DNA of 64,000 nt, taken from NCBI GenBank assembly GCA_965140785.1, contig OZ223514.1, forward strand, positions 160,001 to 224,000, written 5' to 3'. Origin of the DNA: an uncultured Ruficoccus sp. (GTDB lineage Bacteria > Verrucomicrobiota > Verrucomicrobiia > Opitutales > Cerasicoccaceae). Below are positions 39,753 through 50,139 of the stretch, in pieces (the stretch's first letter is position 1; each line of letters starts with the position of its first letter). A program made the translations under genes and the position numbers. The notes beneath the pieces were generated by a model. The model made no database searches and was not told the DNA's origin. It saw nothing but the letters and a program-made list of their open reading frames with translations.

Positions 39753-40922
39753 ATGATGAATCATAAAACTTCGTTTCTTTACCCTCTGGTTGGCTTGGCT
39801 CTGACTGTGGCCGCTCCTCTCTCTGCCCAGTCGACTTTCGATTTGAGCGCTCTTAACAGCGCCAATGTTTCCGATCCGGCCCGATATATTGTTCTGTCCG
39901 GTTCAGCAACAACTCCTTCGGAGGGGGACGCGATCACCATCGTGCAGACCGACGGCATCACCTCATCTGCGCAGTTATCCATGTCCTCGAGTCGCAATAT
40001 CGAAACCTTCACCTACGGGACTTCGGATGGCGGTCTGGACGTCACTCGCGAGATACTGGTCCGAGGCAGCGGCTCGAGTGTAAAGACGCTGGGCATCAGC
40101 GGAAACCTGACCAAGTACGACAGTGGCACCTTGTCTTTTCGCAACCACAACAACTCGGATCTCCACGTTAACATTGACGGTAATGTGGACCTCTATAACG
40201 GCACGATGACCTTTGGCACGGATTCTGCCACCTATCGCGGGATGGGCTCTCTGAGTGTCGGCGGAAACACCACCGTCCACAACGGAGCCCTCAACTTTAT
40301 CCAGTTGAGCCAGGGAACCCTGGGCAATCTGACGCTGGCCGGTGGTACGATGAATATGCAAATGGGAAGCTCTTTGAGCACCGGCCTGGTAACCGTGCAG
40401 TCCAACAGCATCCTTTCGGCCGAGAGCGGCAACATTTCCCTGCAAGCGGGTGCGAGCCTCGTTGTCGAAAACAACGGCCTCATCACGCCTGAAGATGGCA
40501 CCATGATCCTGAATGGTGCCAATACGGACAGCTCGATCCTCGTTATGGAAAGTGGGGCGCACATGTCCTTCGTGCTGGGACCGGATAACGCCAGTGGAAA
40601 GATTGAGTTCTGGAACTACGCCGGCCCCTCGGACATGGTTCTGAATAACACGGTGATGGACTTCAGCGGTGCTGAAGAGGGCACCTACACACTGTTCACA
40701 TTCTTTTCGGACGACGGCACTATTGTCGCCTCGAGTGGCATCGATTCCGGTCTCACGGTGGGCAGCGGACTCGAAGACTATAGCTACGAGATCAATTACA
40801 ATGATAATTCGATTACCCTGACGGTTTCAGCAATCCCGGAAGCCCGTATGAGCGCCCCCTTGGGCATTGTTTTGATCCTTATGCTTGGCTGGTTGCACCG
40901 CCGTTCATCGAAGAGTCACTGA
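39753..40922 (+). CDS. PEP-CTERM-type protein with autotransporter-like beta-strand repeats
   Basis: Signal peptide; G/S/T/N-rich repeats (GNLTKYDSGTLSF, GNTTVHNGALN); C-terminus AIPEA + transmembrane segment + HRRSSK. Confidence 0.88.
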   Translation: MMNHKTSFLYPLVGLALTVAAPLSAQSTFDLSALNSANVSDPARYIVLSGSATTPSEGDAITIVQTDGITSSAQLSMSSSRNIETFTYGTSDGGLDVTREILVRGSGSSVKTLGISGNLTKYDSGTLSFRNHNNSDLHVNIDGNVDLYNGTMTFGTDSATYRGMGSLSVGGNTTVHNGALNFIQLSQGTLGNLTLAGGTMNMQMGSSLSTGLVTVQSNSILSAESGNISLQAGASLVVENNGLITPEDGTMILNGANTDSSILVMESGAHMSFVLGPDNASGKIEFWNYAGPSDMVLNNTVMDFSGAEEGTYTLFTFFSDDGTIVASSGIDSGLTVGSGLEDYSYEINYNDNSITLTVSAIPEARMSAPLGIVLILMLGWLHRRSSKSH

Positions 40923-40959
40923 TCATCCTCCTCGCCATCTCTCCTTCCCCTGTTTTCTC

Positions 40960-41003
40960 CGATTGCGGAAGCGGAGCACTGAGTACGCCCGCTTCCGCAA
41001 TCG
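40960..41003. other. Perfect 15-bp intra-operon hairpin without U-tract
   Basis: CGATTGCGGAAGCGG-N14-CCGCTTCCGCAATCG between the PEP-CTERM and pilin genes. Confidence 0.7.
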
Positions 41004-41031
41004 AGGCCCCTCCACTCACTGACCTAAGACG

Positions 41032-41700
41032 ATGCGCTCTACCCCGACATTTACGCGAAACGCAGGCTTCTCCCTGATTGAACTCCTGTGTGTCATCGCT
41101 GTCATCGCGACCTTGACAGCGATTTTGATTCCGGCCGTGTCTGTGGTATCCAGGAGGGCCGATGATACGAAATGCCGCGGTTCCCTGCACCACTGGGGGG
41201 TTGCCATGCAACTGTACGCCCTCGATCATGAGGGACGGCTGCCGGGACCCAGTTACGCCAATATTCTTCCGACGGCACTGGCGGAAAACAACCGCCATCT
41301 CTTTGCCTATCTGGCGCCCTATATGGGGCTCATCAATTCGCGGGATAGCACCCTGCCTCTGGAATACTACTGCCCGGGTTGGCTGCGGGAGGCTGAGGGG
41401 ACGACCGGCCCGGTCTACTACCTTTACAACCGCGCCATCTCCCTGGGTGATGAAGCGCAGACCACTGTTTTTCCCTTCGGACAAACAACCGGCAATGTGC
41501 CGGGCATGAAGCTGGCTTATCTGCAGACTCTGGTCGATTCGTCGAAAACCATTGCCATGATGGACATTGATGGAGCCATGATGTCAAGTGGCGCGAAAGC
41601 CAGCTATGGTGACCAGGTTCCTCAGGAGCCCGTTCACGGGGAACACCGCAATGTCCTATTCCTGGACTGGAGCGTCGGCACAAAACCCGTTTCCCAGTAA
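41032..41700 (+). CDS. Prepilin-type N-terminal cleavage/methylation protein, H-X9-DG variant
   Basis: GFSLIELL; KCRGSLHHWG; VHGEHRNVLFLDWSV (DW in place of DG). Confidence 0.88.
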   Translation: MRSTPTFTRNAGFSLIELLCVIAVIATLTAILIPAVSVVSRRADDTKCRGSLHHWGVAMQLYALDHEGRLPGPSYANILPTALAENNRHLFAYLAPYMGLINSRDSTLPLEYYCPGWLREAEGTTGPVYYLYNRAISLGDEAQTTVFPFGQTTGNVPGMKLAYLQTLVDSSKTIAMMDIDGAMMSSGAKASYGDQVPQEPVHGEHRNVLFLDWSVGTKPVSQ

Positions 41701-41732
41701 AGACGGCGTCCACCATTTTTTATATTTCTGTC

Positions 41733-43547
41733 ATGTTTGATAAACGCTTATTCAAAGGATGTCTGCTGGGCGGAGTCATGGGCTGCGTTGCCATCATTTT
41801 GTGTTCGTGCAAGACCACGGCCACGGCTCAGTCCATGCAGCCACAGACGGTGGTGTACGACGTGTATCCGGGGCCGGCTCAGGCGATCAGCGACGCTGTG
41901 GCCCAGGCCAACCCCGGCGACCGGATCCAGCTTCATCCCGGTGTTTATACCGGGACGGTTGAGATCAGCCGCAGGGGTGCTCCCGAGAGGCCCATCGTTA
42001 TCTCCGGCCGTGTGCCGGGTAGTAGCGAATGGGCGATGATCGATGGTGGAGCCGAGCCCGGCATGGGCTTGCATAATGAGGCGTTCAGGATCGCTGATTC
42101 ATCGTGGATTCGGATTGAAGACCTGGATATAGAAAACTGCTGGACCGATGTTTTTGTCCTGCAGGATTCCAGCTATATCTCTGTCGTGCGCTGTGCAGTT
42201 GACGGTGGGCGGACTATGGTCGCCGCCCACGGTGCGGCCTCACACCATATCCTGGTTGAAGGCTGCGCGTGGATTCAGGATGAGCTTGTCTATACGACCT
42301 GGCCCTGGGTGGAGCTTCATCATGGGGCTTACAAGTATTATAACGGCGGGATTTACGGTGGCTCGGATGCCGCCGGCAGTGCCGTTATCCGGGGCAACGA
42401 CGTCGGCTACGTCTTTAACGGCCTGCGGTGGTGGATGAGCGATGAGGATGCGGTGACCCAGCGCGCCCAGAGTAACATTGAAATTTACGATAATGACTTC
42501 CACCACGCCCGCGATAACATCATCGAACCGGAGCGCTATGCCTGGAACCTGCAGATCTATCACAACCGAATGGACTCATGCCCCCGGGGGGTCTTCTCCA
42601 TCGATAAGGTGCTGGGCGGCAACATCAATGTCTATGGGAATACCGGTCGCTGGGAGCGAGATGGTGCCATCGAGGAAAAGCCATGGACGATTTACAAGTT
42701 TCATAATTACCGGCCGGAGCAAGCTGCTTGGGAGTTAACTTCTCCACTGAATATTTATAACAACAGCTGGTCGTATACCTACGCATTCGTTCCCAGCAGT
42801 TCCCACAAGGCGAATGATAATGTCATTCATTACAACAATGCCTATGTGTTTGTTAATGCTACCTCTAGTATGGGCTTGATCGACTGGTGGGGGAAGGATT
42901 GCATCTTTGACTACGATATGGCGGCTGCTCCCTGGCATGCCGATCTGATTGCCGACGGTTACGAGCAGCATGGCTATCCCGATACCGATCCAGATTTTGT
43001 TTCAGAGCCCGATAATGATTTCAGGTTGTCGGCTGGGAGTCCGGCCATTGACGCGGGGCGAGTGATCGACGGCTTCACCCTCTGGTATCTCGGTGACGGG
43101 CCCGACATTGGCGCCTACGAAGGCGATATGCGTGTCTATGGCATGCCCTTCTACTACCAGACGCCGCCGGGGGGAGACTCCTACGTGGAAAAGCCGCGCA
43201 TTGTCCGCGTATTCTCCAAGGGATCGAAGCTGGCACTCTTTTTCTCAACCGATCTTGACGAGAGCACGCTGAGCGAAGACACCCTCTCGATAACTGCCAA
43301 CGATGGAACCTCGCTTGATATTCAGGAGGTGAGCTTTCCTGTTTGGGGCCGTGTGGCGGTGCTCCAACTGGAGGACCCCTTGCCCGCAGCGGCCGAGGAT
43401 CTGGATATTGAATTCATCACCCTGCCTAAGAGCACCTCGGGTGCAGATGCCACCCTGTGGGCCTCCGATCTGCGAATCGTGCGTATCCCACAAAACGCGG
43501 TCCTGACGCCAGATATGGCCACTTTGTTTTCCGAGAGTGGATCCTGA
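41733..43547 (+). CDS. Right-handed beta-helix lipoprotein (polysaccharide lyase-like)
   Basis: Lipobox-like LCSC; ANPGDRIQLHPGVY; IYDN/IYHN/VYGN/IYNN turns; FRLSAGSPAIDAG...PDIGAYE. Confidence 0.78.
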   Translation: MFDKRLFKGCLLGGVMGCVAIILCSCKTTATAQSMQPQTVVYDVYPGPAQAISDAVAQANPGDRIQLHPGVYTGTVEISRRGAPERPIVISGRVPGSSEWAMIDGGAEPGMGLHNEAFRIADSSWIRIEDLDIENCWTDVFVLQDSSYISVVRCAVDGGRTMVAAHGAASHHILVEGCAWIQDELVYTTWPWVELHHGAYKYYNGGIYGGSDAAGSAVIRGNDVGYVFNGLRWWMSDEDAVTQRAQSNIEIYDNDFHHARDNIIEPERYAWNLQIYHNRMDSCPRGVFSIDKVLGGNINVYGNTGRWERDGAIEEKPWTIYKFHNYRPEQAAWELTSPLNIYNNSWSYTYAFVPSSSHKANDNVIHYNNAYVFVNATSSMGLIDWWGKDCIFDYDMAAAPWHADLIADGYEQHGYPDTDPDFVSEPDNDFRLSAGSPAIDAGRVIDGFTLWYLGDGPDIGAYEGDMRVYGMPFYYQTPPGGDSYVEKPRIVRVFSKGSKLALFFSTDLDESTLSEDTLSITANDGTSLDIQEVSFPVWGRVAVLQLEDPLPAAAEDLDIEFITLPKSTSGADATLWASDLRIVRIPQNAVLTPDMATLFSESGS

Positions 43548-43578
43548 GCGGGACGGTAACTCCGTAGCTTTCAAAATA

Positions 43579-44763
43579 ATGTCTACAACTATTCCTACCG
43601 TCTGCATCATTGGCATCACCGGCTTTGGCAATGCGCACCTGAAATCCCTCTACGCACTTGAAGCCGATCATGTACTGAAAATTGGAGCGGCGACGGTCAT
43701 CAACCGACCGCAGGCGGAGGCGGACTGCACCCGACTCGAATCGCTCGGCTGCATGATCTATTCGGATTATACCGAGATGCTGCGCCAGGAGAGAGGCCGC
43801 TGCGAGCTGTGCATCATCCCGACCGGGATCCCCTGGCACTGTCCCATGACCGTAGCCGCTCTCGAAGCCGGCTACCATGTCTATGTGGAGAAGCCGGCCG
43901 CCGCGCTGCTTGGGGATGTTGACACGATGATCGCGGCCCGGGACCGGGCGGGTAAGCATGTCTATGTTGGTTTTCAGGACCTGTTTATGGATATCACCCG
44001 GACGGTCAAGCAGCGCATTCTGGACGGTGAGATCGGCGAGCTTAAGGAGGTCCGTGTCAGTGCGTCGTGGCCACGTCCGTATACTTACTACCAGCGCAAC
44101 GATTGGGCGGGAAAAATCCGGATCGGTGCCACGAGTATCTACGATTCTCCGGCCAATAATGCATTCTCCCACTACCTGATGGCCGCGTTCTATTTCGCGG
44201 GTACAGAGATTGACGGCATTGCCGAGTACGAGTCCTTTGAGGCGGAGCTGTTCCGGGTGCAAAGTATTGAAAGTTTCGATACGATCTCGACACGCATTCG
44301 CACCAAGTCCGGTGTCAATATTCTGTATACGGTTTCCTTGAGCGGGGGAGAAGTGCTCGGCCCGTATATGAATTTTTACGGAAGCCGGGGAAGTATCCGC
44401 TGGCGCATTGATAGCGGTTATCGCTTCGAGAAGACGGGTGAGTTTCTGGAGACACGGGCACCCGAGGCTGTCCGCGAGGATGCCTACCGCAAGGTGCTGG
44501 CCACCTTTCGCACCCCGCTTGCGATCGGATGCCGTTTGGAGATGGCCCGCGAGCACACGCGCTTTATCAATGATCTTCACGCATCCATTCCGATTCAGGA
44601 TGTCCACTTGGAGTACACCGCGGAGGTCGATAGCTCCAGGGGCATGATGCGAGCAGTGCCGGGTATGCATGAGGCTATTGTCCGCTCACAGGAGCAGAAT
44701 TGCCTGCTCTCGGAACTGGGTCTTCCCTGGACCATGGGCCAACGAATTTCGGAAAAAGTCTAG
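43579..44763 (+). CDS. Gfo/Idh/MocA family oxidoreductase
   Basis: IIGITGFG; HVYVEKP; WPRPYTYYQRNDWAG; DSPANNAFSHY. Confidence 0.9.
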   Translation: MSTTIPTVCIIGITGFGNAHLKSLYALEADHVLKIGAATVINRPQAEADCTRLESLGCMIYSDYTEMLRQERGRCELCIIPTGIPWHCPMTVAALEAGYHVYVEKPAAALLGDVDTMIAARDRAGKHVYVGFQDLFMDITRTVKQRILDGEIGELKEVRVSASWPRPYTYYQRNDWAGKIRIGATSIYDSPANNAFSHYLMAAFYFAGTEIDGIAEYESFEAELFRVQSIESFDTISTRIRTKSGVNILYTVSLSGGEVLGPYMNFYGSRGSIRWRIDSGYRFEKTGEFLETRAPEAVREDAYRKVLATFRTPLAIGCRLEMAREHTRFINDLHASIPIQDVHLEYTAEVDSSRGMMRAVPGMHEAIVRSQEQNCLLSELGLPWTMGQRISEKV

Positions 44764-44843
44764 GCTGGTCCCTTTTGGCCTGCCCGCCAACATGTAGTTT
44801 TTCTTTTACTGACTTTCCCTTCATACCTTTAAGATAACTTTAT

Positions 44844-46415
44844 ATGCAGTTTACCGTGCATGCCCAGGAGACAGACCGGCCAAACCGGGGATTTTGGCGG
44901 GCGATTGGCTACGATTTTATGTTCAAGCTGACCCATGAGCCGGAGGGGCAGTACCTGCTGGACAGGGCGCGCAAGCACGGGACTATCCAGTACATCCGTT
45001 CGCATTTCACTTTCAACAACCAGGACGCGACAGCGGACAAAAAGGCCGGGGGAAATGTCTGTGGGCAGGTGATGAGCTTCGGCACGGACGGGACCGTCAG
45101 CTATGACTTCAGCCGGGTCAACCGGACCTTTCAGGAATATGTCAAGCGCGGCATGAAGCCGATCGTCGAGTTCGACTTTTTCCCGGACGGCATGTGCTAC
45201 GACGAGCAGGAGGCCGCCAATGACGAGGGCTTCAGCATTAAAAGCGGACTCATCAAGGACTGGGGACTGTGGCGGCAGTTGCTGGAGCGTTTCATGCAGA
45301 ATCTCGAAGCAACCTTTGGCAAGGAGGAGCTGCGGACCTGGTACTTCGAGGTCTGGAACGAGCCGGACGTGTGGGAAGGGGAGCATCAGCAGCAACTTTT
45401 TCATCTCTACGATGTCTTTGCCGATGTCGTTAAATCCCATGACAGCGGCTATCGTATCGGCGGACCCGCCTGCTATAATTTCTATGCGCTCAAGGATTTT
45501 CTCGACCATATCACTCAGGGCGTGAATTTCGTCACGGGCGAGGTCGGCAGTCCCATCGATTTCATCTCCCATCACATTTACGGGGTCTCCGGCAACTGGC
45601 TGGCTCAGGGGCCCGAGATCGTTCCCCAGGTAAATCGCTTTTCCTCGGAAGTGCTTTGGTGGTATCGCTTGTTGAGGCGCTATCCTTCGCTCAGCCACGT
45701 CGAGCATCACCTCAATGAGTGGGGCGTTTGTTCCCATGGGGATACGAAGTTTGTCGATCAGTTCCCGCAGCTCGAATACCGCAACAGCGAATATTCGGCC
45801 CTGTTCCTGGTCAAGCTGGTGGACTGTCTCAAAAGCATCGAAGAGGCTTACGGATTTCGCACCGATCTGCTGCTTTACTGGGGCGCGTGTTGGAATGCCG
45901 GCATCCCCAATATGTTTCTGGGGTCGCGCGACCTGACCACCACCGGCAATGTGCCCAAGCCTATCCTGACCGGCTGGGAAATGCTGAGCAGGTTGGGAGA
46001 GGACTTCCTGAAGGTTGACGGCCCCCGGTGCGGGGGGCGGCTGGGGCTGCTCGCCGCCGCGAACGCCCAGGGCTGCCAGCTGCTGGCCTATAATTTCAAC
46101 GAAACCGATGACGACCCTGGGCGGGAAGATGATGTAACGATCGAGCTTGATCAGCTCAAAGCGGGCCGCAGCTACGAGGTTCGGGAAACCCGTTTGGACA
46201 AGGATCATCACAATACTTACCGGCAGTGGCAGCGTCTCGGTTCCGAGGTGAACCCCGGCCGCGAGCTTCTTGCTACCTTGATGCGTACCGCGGAGCTGGA
46301 CGCCGACGCAGTCCTGAGCGCCAACTCCGATGAAAGCGGGCGCCTGAAGCTGAGCCGGGGTATTCCCCGGCATGGCCTGTTACTGCTGGAGATCAGTGAA
46401 CGCGTATCCGCCTGA
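44844..46415 (+). CDS. GH39 family glycoside hydrolase (beta-xylosidase-like), no signal peptide
   Basis: YDFSRVN, GMKPIVEFDFFP, WYFEVWNEPD, DFISHHIYG, LNEWG. Confidence 0.87.
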   Translation: MQFTVHAQETDRPNRGFWRAIGYDFMFKLTHEPEGQYLLDRARKHGTIQYIRSHFTFNNQDATADKKAGGNVCGQVMSFGTDGTVSYDFSRVNRTFQEYVKRGMKPIVEFDFFPDGMCYDEQEAANDEGFSIKSGLIKDWGLWRQLLERFMQNLEATFGKEELRTWYFEVWNEPDVWEGEHQQQLFHLYDVFADVVKSHDSGYRIGGPACYNFYALKDFLDHITQGVNFVTGEVGSPIDFISHHIYGVSGNWLAQGPEIVPQVNRFSSEVLWWYRLLRRYPSLSHVEHHLNEWGVCSHGDTKFVDQFPQLEYRNSEYSALFLVKLVDCLKSIEEAYGFRTDLLLYWGACWNAGIPNMFLGSRDLTTTGNVPKPILTGWEMLSRLGEDFLKVDGPRCGGRLGLLAAANAQGCQLLAYNFNETDDDPGREDDVTIELDQLKAGRSYEVRETRLDKDHHNTYRQWQRLGSEVNPGRELLATLMRTAELDADAVLSANSDESGRLKLSRGIPRHGLLLLEISERVSA

Positions 46416-46447
46416 GCCATTAGCCATTTTGACCCCCTTGATGACGG

Positions 46448-47536
46448 ATGATAGACGCGACTCCCCCCACCGATAAATTCGAATTCCATAATGCGCATTT
46501 GTGGCCGCTGCCGGGAGGCAAATGGCAGTTGGCGCGTTATCCCTATGCGATACTGCACCAACTCAACGAGAAAGCGCCCGCCCGGGCCATGGATTCTTGC
46601 GGGATCGAGATACGCTTCACGACGCCGGCCCCCGAGTGCCGACTTACGCTCAGTTGCGAGAATCAGGATGGGGAGCTTTATATTTACCGGGGGGCGTTCC
46701 TCATCCGGACGCAAACTCTGAAAAAAGGTGTTCCCACGGTGGTAGAACTCCTGCCACCCGAAGCTATGGAGGAGGCTACGGATGAGGCGTTGGCGGTTGG
46801 AGGTTTTTCAAAAAACCTATACCGGCTATTGCTCGGGCGGGGCTGTTTTATTTTTCATCACTACGAAAGTTTCGGTTACGCGCTACGCCCCCCAGGGCCC
46901 GATGAGGGGCCTGCGATAAAATGGCTGGCCTACGGCTCGTCGATCACACACTCCAACCCGCTCGGATATCCCTATCATGCTGCGAGGCTGCTGCATTGGA
47001 ATGTTTATGGTAAAGGTCTTTCGGCGTCCTGCCATATCGATCAGGCGGCGGTCGATTATCTGGCCGCGTATGCGGCCCAGAAGCGGATGGATGTCATCAC
47101 GGCTGAACTGGGCGTGAACATGCGCAACCGCTATGGCGTGGATGAGTTCACCCGGCGGGCTTCCTACTTTATCCGGACGGTTCGCCAGGCCAATCCGTGC
47201 ACGCCCCTCGTGCTGATCACTGCCTTTACGAACAGCGGACACCATCCCCGCGACACTTCGGTGCAGCGTTTTGCCAATCAGCGTGCCTACGACGCTTCCC
47301 TTCGTCGGTTGCATCAGGAGGCGCAGGATCCGTACCTGCACCTGATTGAAGGGACTGAGCTGCTTCCGGATTTTTCCTTACTCAAGGCGGACGTCCTGCA
47401 CCCTTCACCCACCGGAGAGGCGCTGATGGGGTATTTGCTGGCCGACCGTCTTCGGTCTCTGCTTAAGCAAAATCGCCATGCGATGCCCCCTGAAACCTTC
47501 AGCCCCTCCGCGGCTTCAGCTGAGCCGCGATCATGA
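46448..47536 (+). CDS. SGNH/GDSL hydrolase (esterase)
   Basis: YGSSITH, ELGVN, DVLHP catalytic blocks. Confidence 0.87.
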   Translation: MIDATPPTDKFEFHNAHLWPLPGGKWQLARYPYAILHQLNEKAPARAMDSCGIEIRFTTPAPECRLTLSCENQDGELYIYRGAFLIRTQTLKKGVPTVVELLPPEAMEEATDEALAVGGFSKNLYRLLLGRGCFIFHHYESFGYALRPPGPDEGPAIKWLAYGSSITHSNPLGYPYHAARLLHWNVYGKGLSASCHIDQAAVDYLAAYAAQKRMDVITAELGVNMRNRYGVDEFTRRASYFIRTVRQANPCTPLVLITAFTNSGHHPRDTSVQRFANQRAYDASLRRLHQEAQDPYLHLIEGTELLPDFSLLKADVLHPSPTGEALMGYLLADRLRSLLKQNRHAMPPETFSPSAASAEPRS

Positions 47537-47571
47537 CCGCTCGAAGGTTTGTTAAAGCTGGATCGTGGTGA

Positions 47572-47895
47572 TTGCGGCTCAGACTGGAACAGGCGATAAG
47601 GGAGGCGCGGCGTCTTGGCTATAAGTCCAACCCCTTGGCCACCGCATTGATGACCTACCGCTCCCGGCGGCAGCTACTGGATGAAACCGGACTGCCCGCA
47701 GGAAGGCGACCCGTGCTGTTTAATTTGGGCTGTTACACTCAGGACGATGACACGCCGGGTATCTATCAGGATTATGAATCGATGGGGGTGACCGCCATCG
47801 AGCAACTGATCGGTATGGTTTTGCGCGCCGAGCGCGGCATACCGGTTCGGAGTATCCGCACGCAGGTTTCCGGCATTTGGGTCCCCGGCCACTAG
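47572..47895 (+). pseudogene. LacI-family regulator remnant (no HTH, large internal deletion)
   Basis: ARRLGYKSNPLATALM and GIYQDYESMGVTAIEQL...ERGIP...VSGIWVPG align to the start and end of the intact LacI at 61454; the middle is absent. Confidence 0.72.
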
Positions 47896-48257
47896 GGCCT
47901 GTCCGCAAACCTGCCCAGGTCACATCCTCGTGTCTGTTTGGGTCTGAATTTCGTGTCCTCAGCTCGACAATTCTTGATTGATTCGCCTTTGGCTCAGGGG
48001 GTTGCCCCAAATGCTCAGCATTCGCCCATCTGCACTTCGCTCCGTCACCGCGTCTCAAAACCTCAATCCAGCCTCGAAAAATCACTCATTTTTCCATCTT
48101 TTCCGTTTGCCTGACCCGGCCCTAATTGCCTGGCGCAACAACGGGACGGCACACCGGGCAGAGCATGGTACATCCACCCTCATCGAAGCTTCCGGTAGTT
48201 CACTCCACGGGCCGATCGGGATCGAGCGTGGTGTCGAATGTTAGCTAGTGAGGAAAG

Positions 48258-49814
48258 TCAGCTGTCGTCGCCACGGTCATGGGCCTTCTTACCGATCAGT
48301 GAGCAGCGATAGAGATCCTTACGGCGGTTTTTCAGGATTTGTACCGAGCCGTGGGAATGGAGCTGTTTCAGGCTTGGCAGGTGTACGTCGGCGATGAGCG
48401 TCATCTCGGTGTTCGGTGTACACTCGGCCTTGACCCCGTTCTCGGGAAAGGCGAAGTCACTCGGCGTGAAGATCGCGCTCTGGGCGTAGGAAATATCCAT
48501 GTTGTGTACGCGGGGAAGGTTGCCCACGCACCCGGCGATGACCACGTAGCACTCGTTTTCAATGGCGCGCGCGCGGGCGCAACTGCGCACGCGGTTGTAG
48601 CCGTTTTGCGTGTCGGTCTGGAAGGGAACGAACAGGATCTGCATGCCCTGGTCAGCCATGATGCGCGAGAGCTCCGGGAACTCCACGTCGTAGCAGACCT
48701 GGATGCCAATGATGCCGGCGTCGGTTTCATAGGTGCGTACCTGATCGCCGCCGGCCATGGCGAAGCGACTCGTCTCGTCCGGGGTGGTGTGGACCTTATA
48801 AATGTTTTCCATCGTGCCGTCGCGGCGGCATAGCACGGAAAGGTTGCGCAGCTTACCGTCCTTGCCGATCTCCGGCATGGTACCGGCGATGATGTTGACA
48901 TTGTAGCTCATGGCGAGTTCGCGCAGCTTATCCTTGAGTTGCTGGGTATAGCCGGCTAACCCGCGGATGGCCTCGACTTCGCTCAGTTCGTTGAACTCGG
49001 CCATGAGCGGCGCGCAGAAGTATTCCGGAAAAATACAAAAATCGCTTTCATAATCGCTGACCGCATCGACGAAATACTCCACATGCTGCAAGAGCGTATC
49101 GATCGAGGGGAGGGAGCGCATCTGCCACTGCACGACGCCGATACGGACATCCTCCTTGGTCGCGCCGACGAGGATTTCATTTTTTTCGTAATGGATGTTG
49201 ATCCATTCCAGCAGCGTGGCGTAGCTGCGGCTCTGCTCGTCCTCCGGATCGTAGCCCCGCAGGATCTTTTTGACATGAAAGTCGTTTGAGAGTTGGAAAT
49301 TGAGGGTCGGGTCGTGAATCTCGCGCTCGCGGACCTTGTCAATGTACTGGCGCGGGCTCAGCTTCTTGGCGTACTGGGCGTACTTGGGGATGCGCCCCCC
49401 GGCGATGATGGCGCGCAGGTTCAGGTTCTCACAAAGCTCCTTGCGCGCATCGTAGAGACGGCGACCGAGGCGCAGGTCGCGAAAGTCCGGGTGTACGAAG
49501 ACCTCGATGCCGTAGAGCACATCGCCGTTGGCGTCGTGGGTGGTAAACTTGTAGTCGCCGGTAATCTGCTTGTAGGTGTGCTTGTCGCCGTACTTGTCGT
49601 AATCGACGATGATGGCCAGGGCGATGGCGACGACCCGGCCATCGGCTTCGATGCACAGTTGTCCCTCCGGGAACATTTTGATTAACCGTTCGATGTCCCG
49701 TTGTGACCACGGCTCGTAGTTCGCCCCGCGGTAGGCTTCGAGCATGGTTTTGCGGGTCTGCCGGTAATCTTCGGGCTGTAGGCTTCTCAGGGTGATCTGT
49801 GCGGTCTTGTCCAT
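48258..49814 (-). CDS. Bifunctional GNAT N-acetyltransferase / carbon-nitrogen hydrolase
   Basis: VHPDFRDLRLGRRLY (GNAT); FPEY, YKVH, VCYDVEFPE (nitrilase E-K-C triad). Confidence 0.93.
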   Translation of the reverse strand: MDKTAQITLRSLQPEDYRQTRKTMLEAYRGANYEPWSQRDIERLIKMFPEGQLCIEADGRVVAIALAIIVDYDKYGDKHTYKQITGDYKFTTHDANGDVLYGIEVFVHPDFRDLRLGRRLYDARKELCENLNLRAIIAGGRIPKYAQYAKKLSPRQYIDKVREREIHDPTLNFQLSNDFHVKKILRGYDPEDEQSRSYATLLEWINIHYEKNEILVGATKEDVRIGVVQWQMRSLPSIDTLLQHVEYFVDAVSDYESDFCIFPEYFCAPLMAEFNELSEVEAIRGLAGYTQQLKDKLRELAMSYNVNIIAGTMPEIGKDGKLRNLSVLCRRDGTMENIYKVHTTPDETSRFAMAGGDQVRTYETDAGIIGIQVCYDVEFPELSRIMADQGMQILFVPFQTDTQNGYNRVRSCARARAIENECYVVIAGCVGNLPRVHNMDISYAQSAIFTPSDFAFPENGVKAECTPNTEMTLIADVHLPSLKQLHSHGSVQILKNRRKDLYRCSLIGKKAHDRGDDS

Positions 49815-50139
49815 GCCGATACGTTGCATGCACTTGTCCGCGTCTGCAACGCAGCAAATGCTTTTCAATGGCCTCAGGAAGCCCGGGCTACGCCCTCCTT
49901 GGGCCGAAACCTTGACTCTTTCTACAACCAATACTCGGTCACATTTTCAACCGCCTGGCCTCGTGCTTGGTGCGGTGCTGTTTTGTCTCCAGACCCAGCC
50001 AAATAAGCATAACGTGCCATAGTCTGCCGACTTAGGATTTGGATTCAAGGCAAAGCACGATGGGGTGCGGGTGTTCAATCGGGAATAGCTTGCGTTCGCC
50101 CGATGGGCTGCGTAAAAACTGCTCCAGTCTGTTACGCCC

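Noticed and set aside
18363..46373. Long antisense ORFs in the track (e.g. 18363..19886, 22948..24108, 32295..33965, 44829..46373)
   Set aside because: Shadow frames opposite well-supported genes, expected from high-GC codon bias.
48258..49814. GNAT-nitrilase fusion as a novelty
   Set aside because: A widespread, already recognised bifunctional family.
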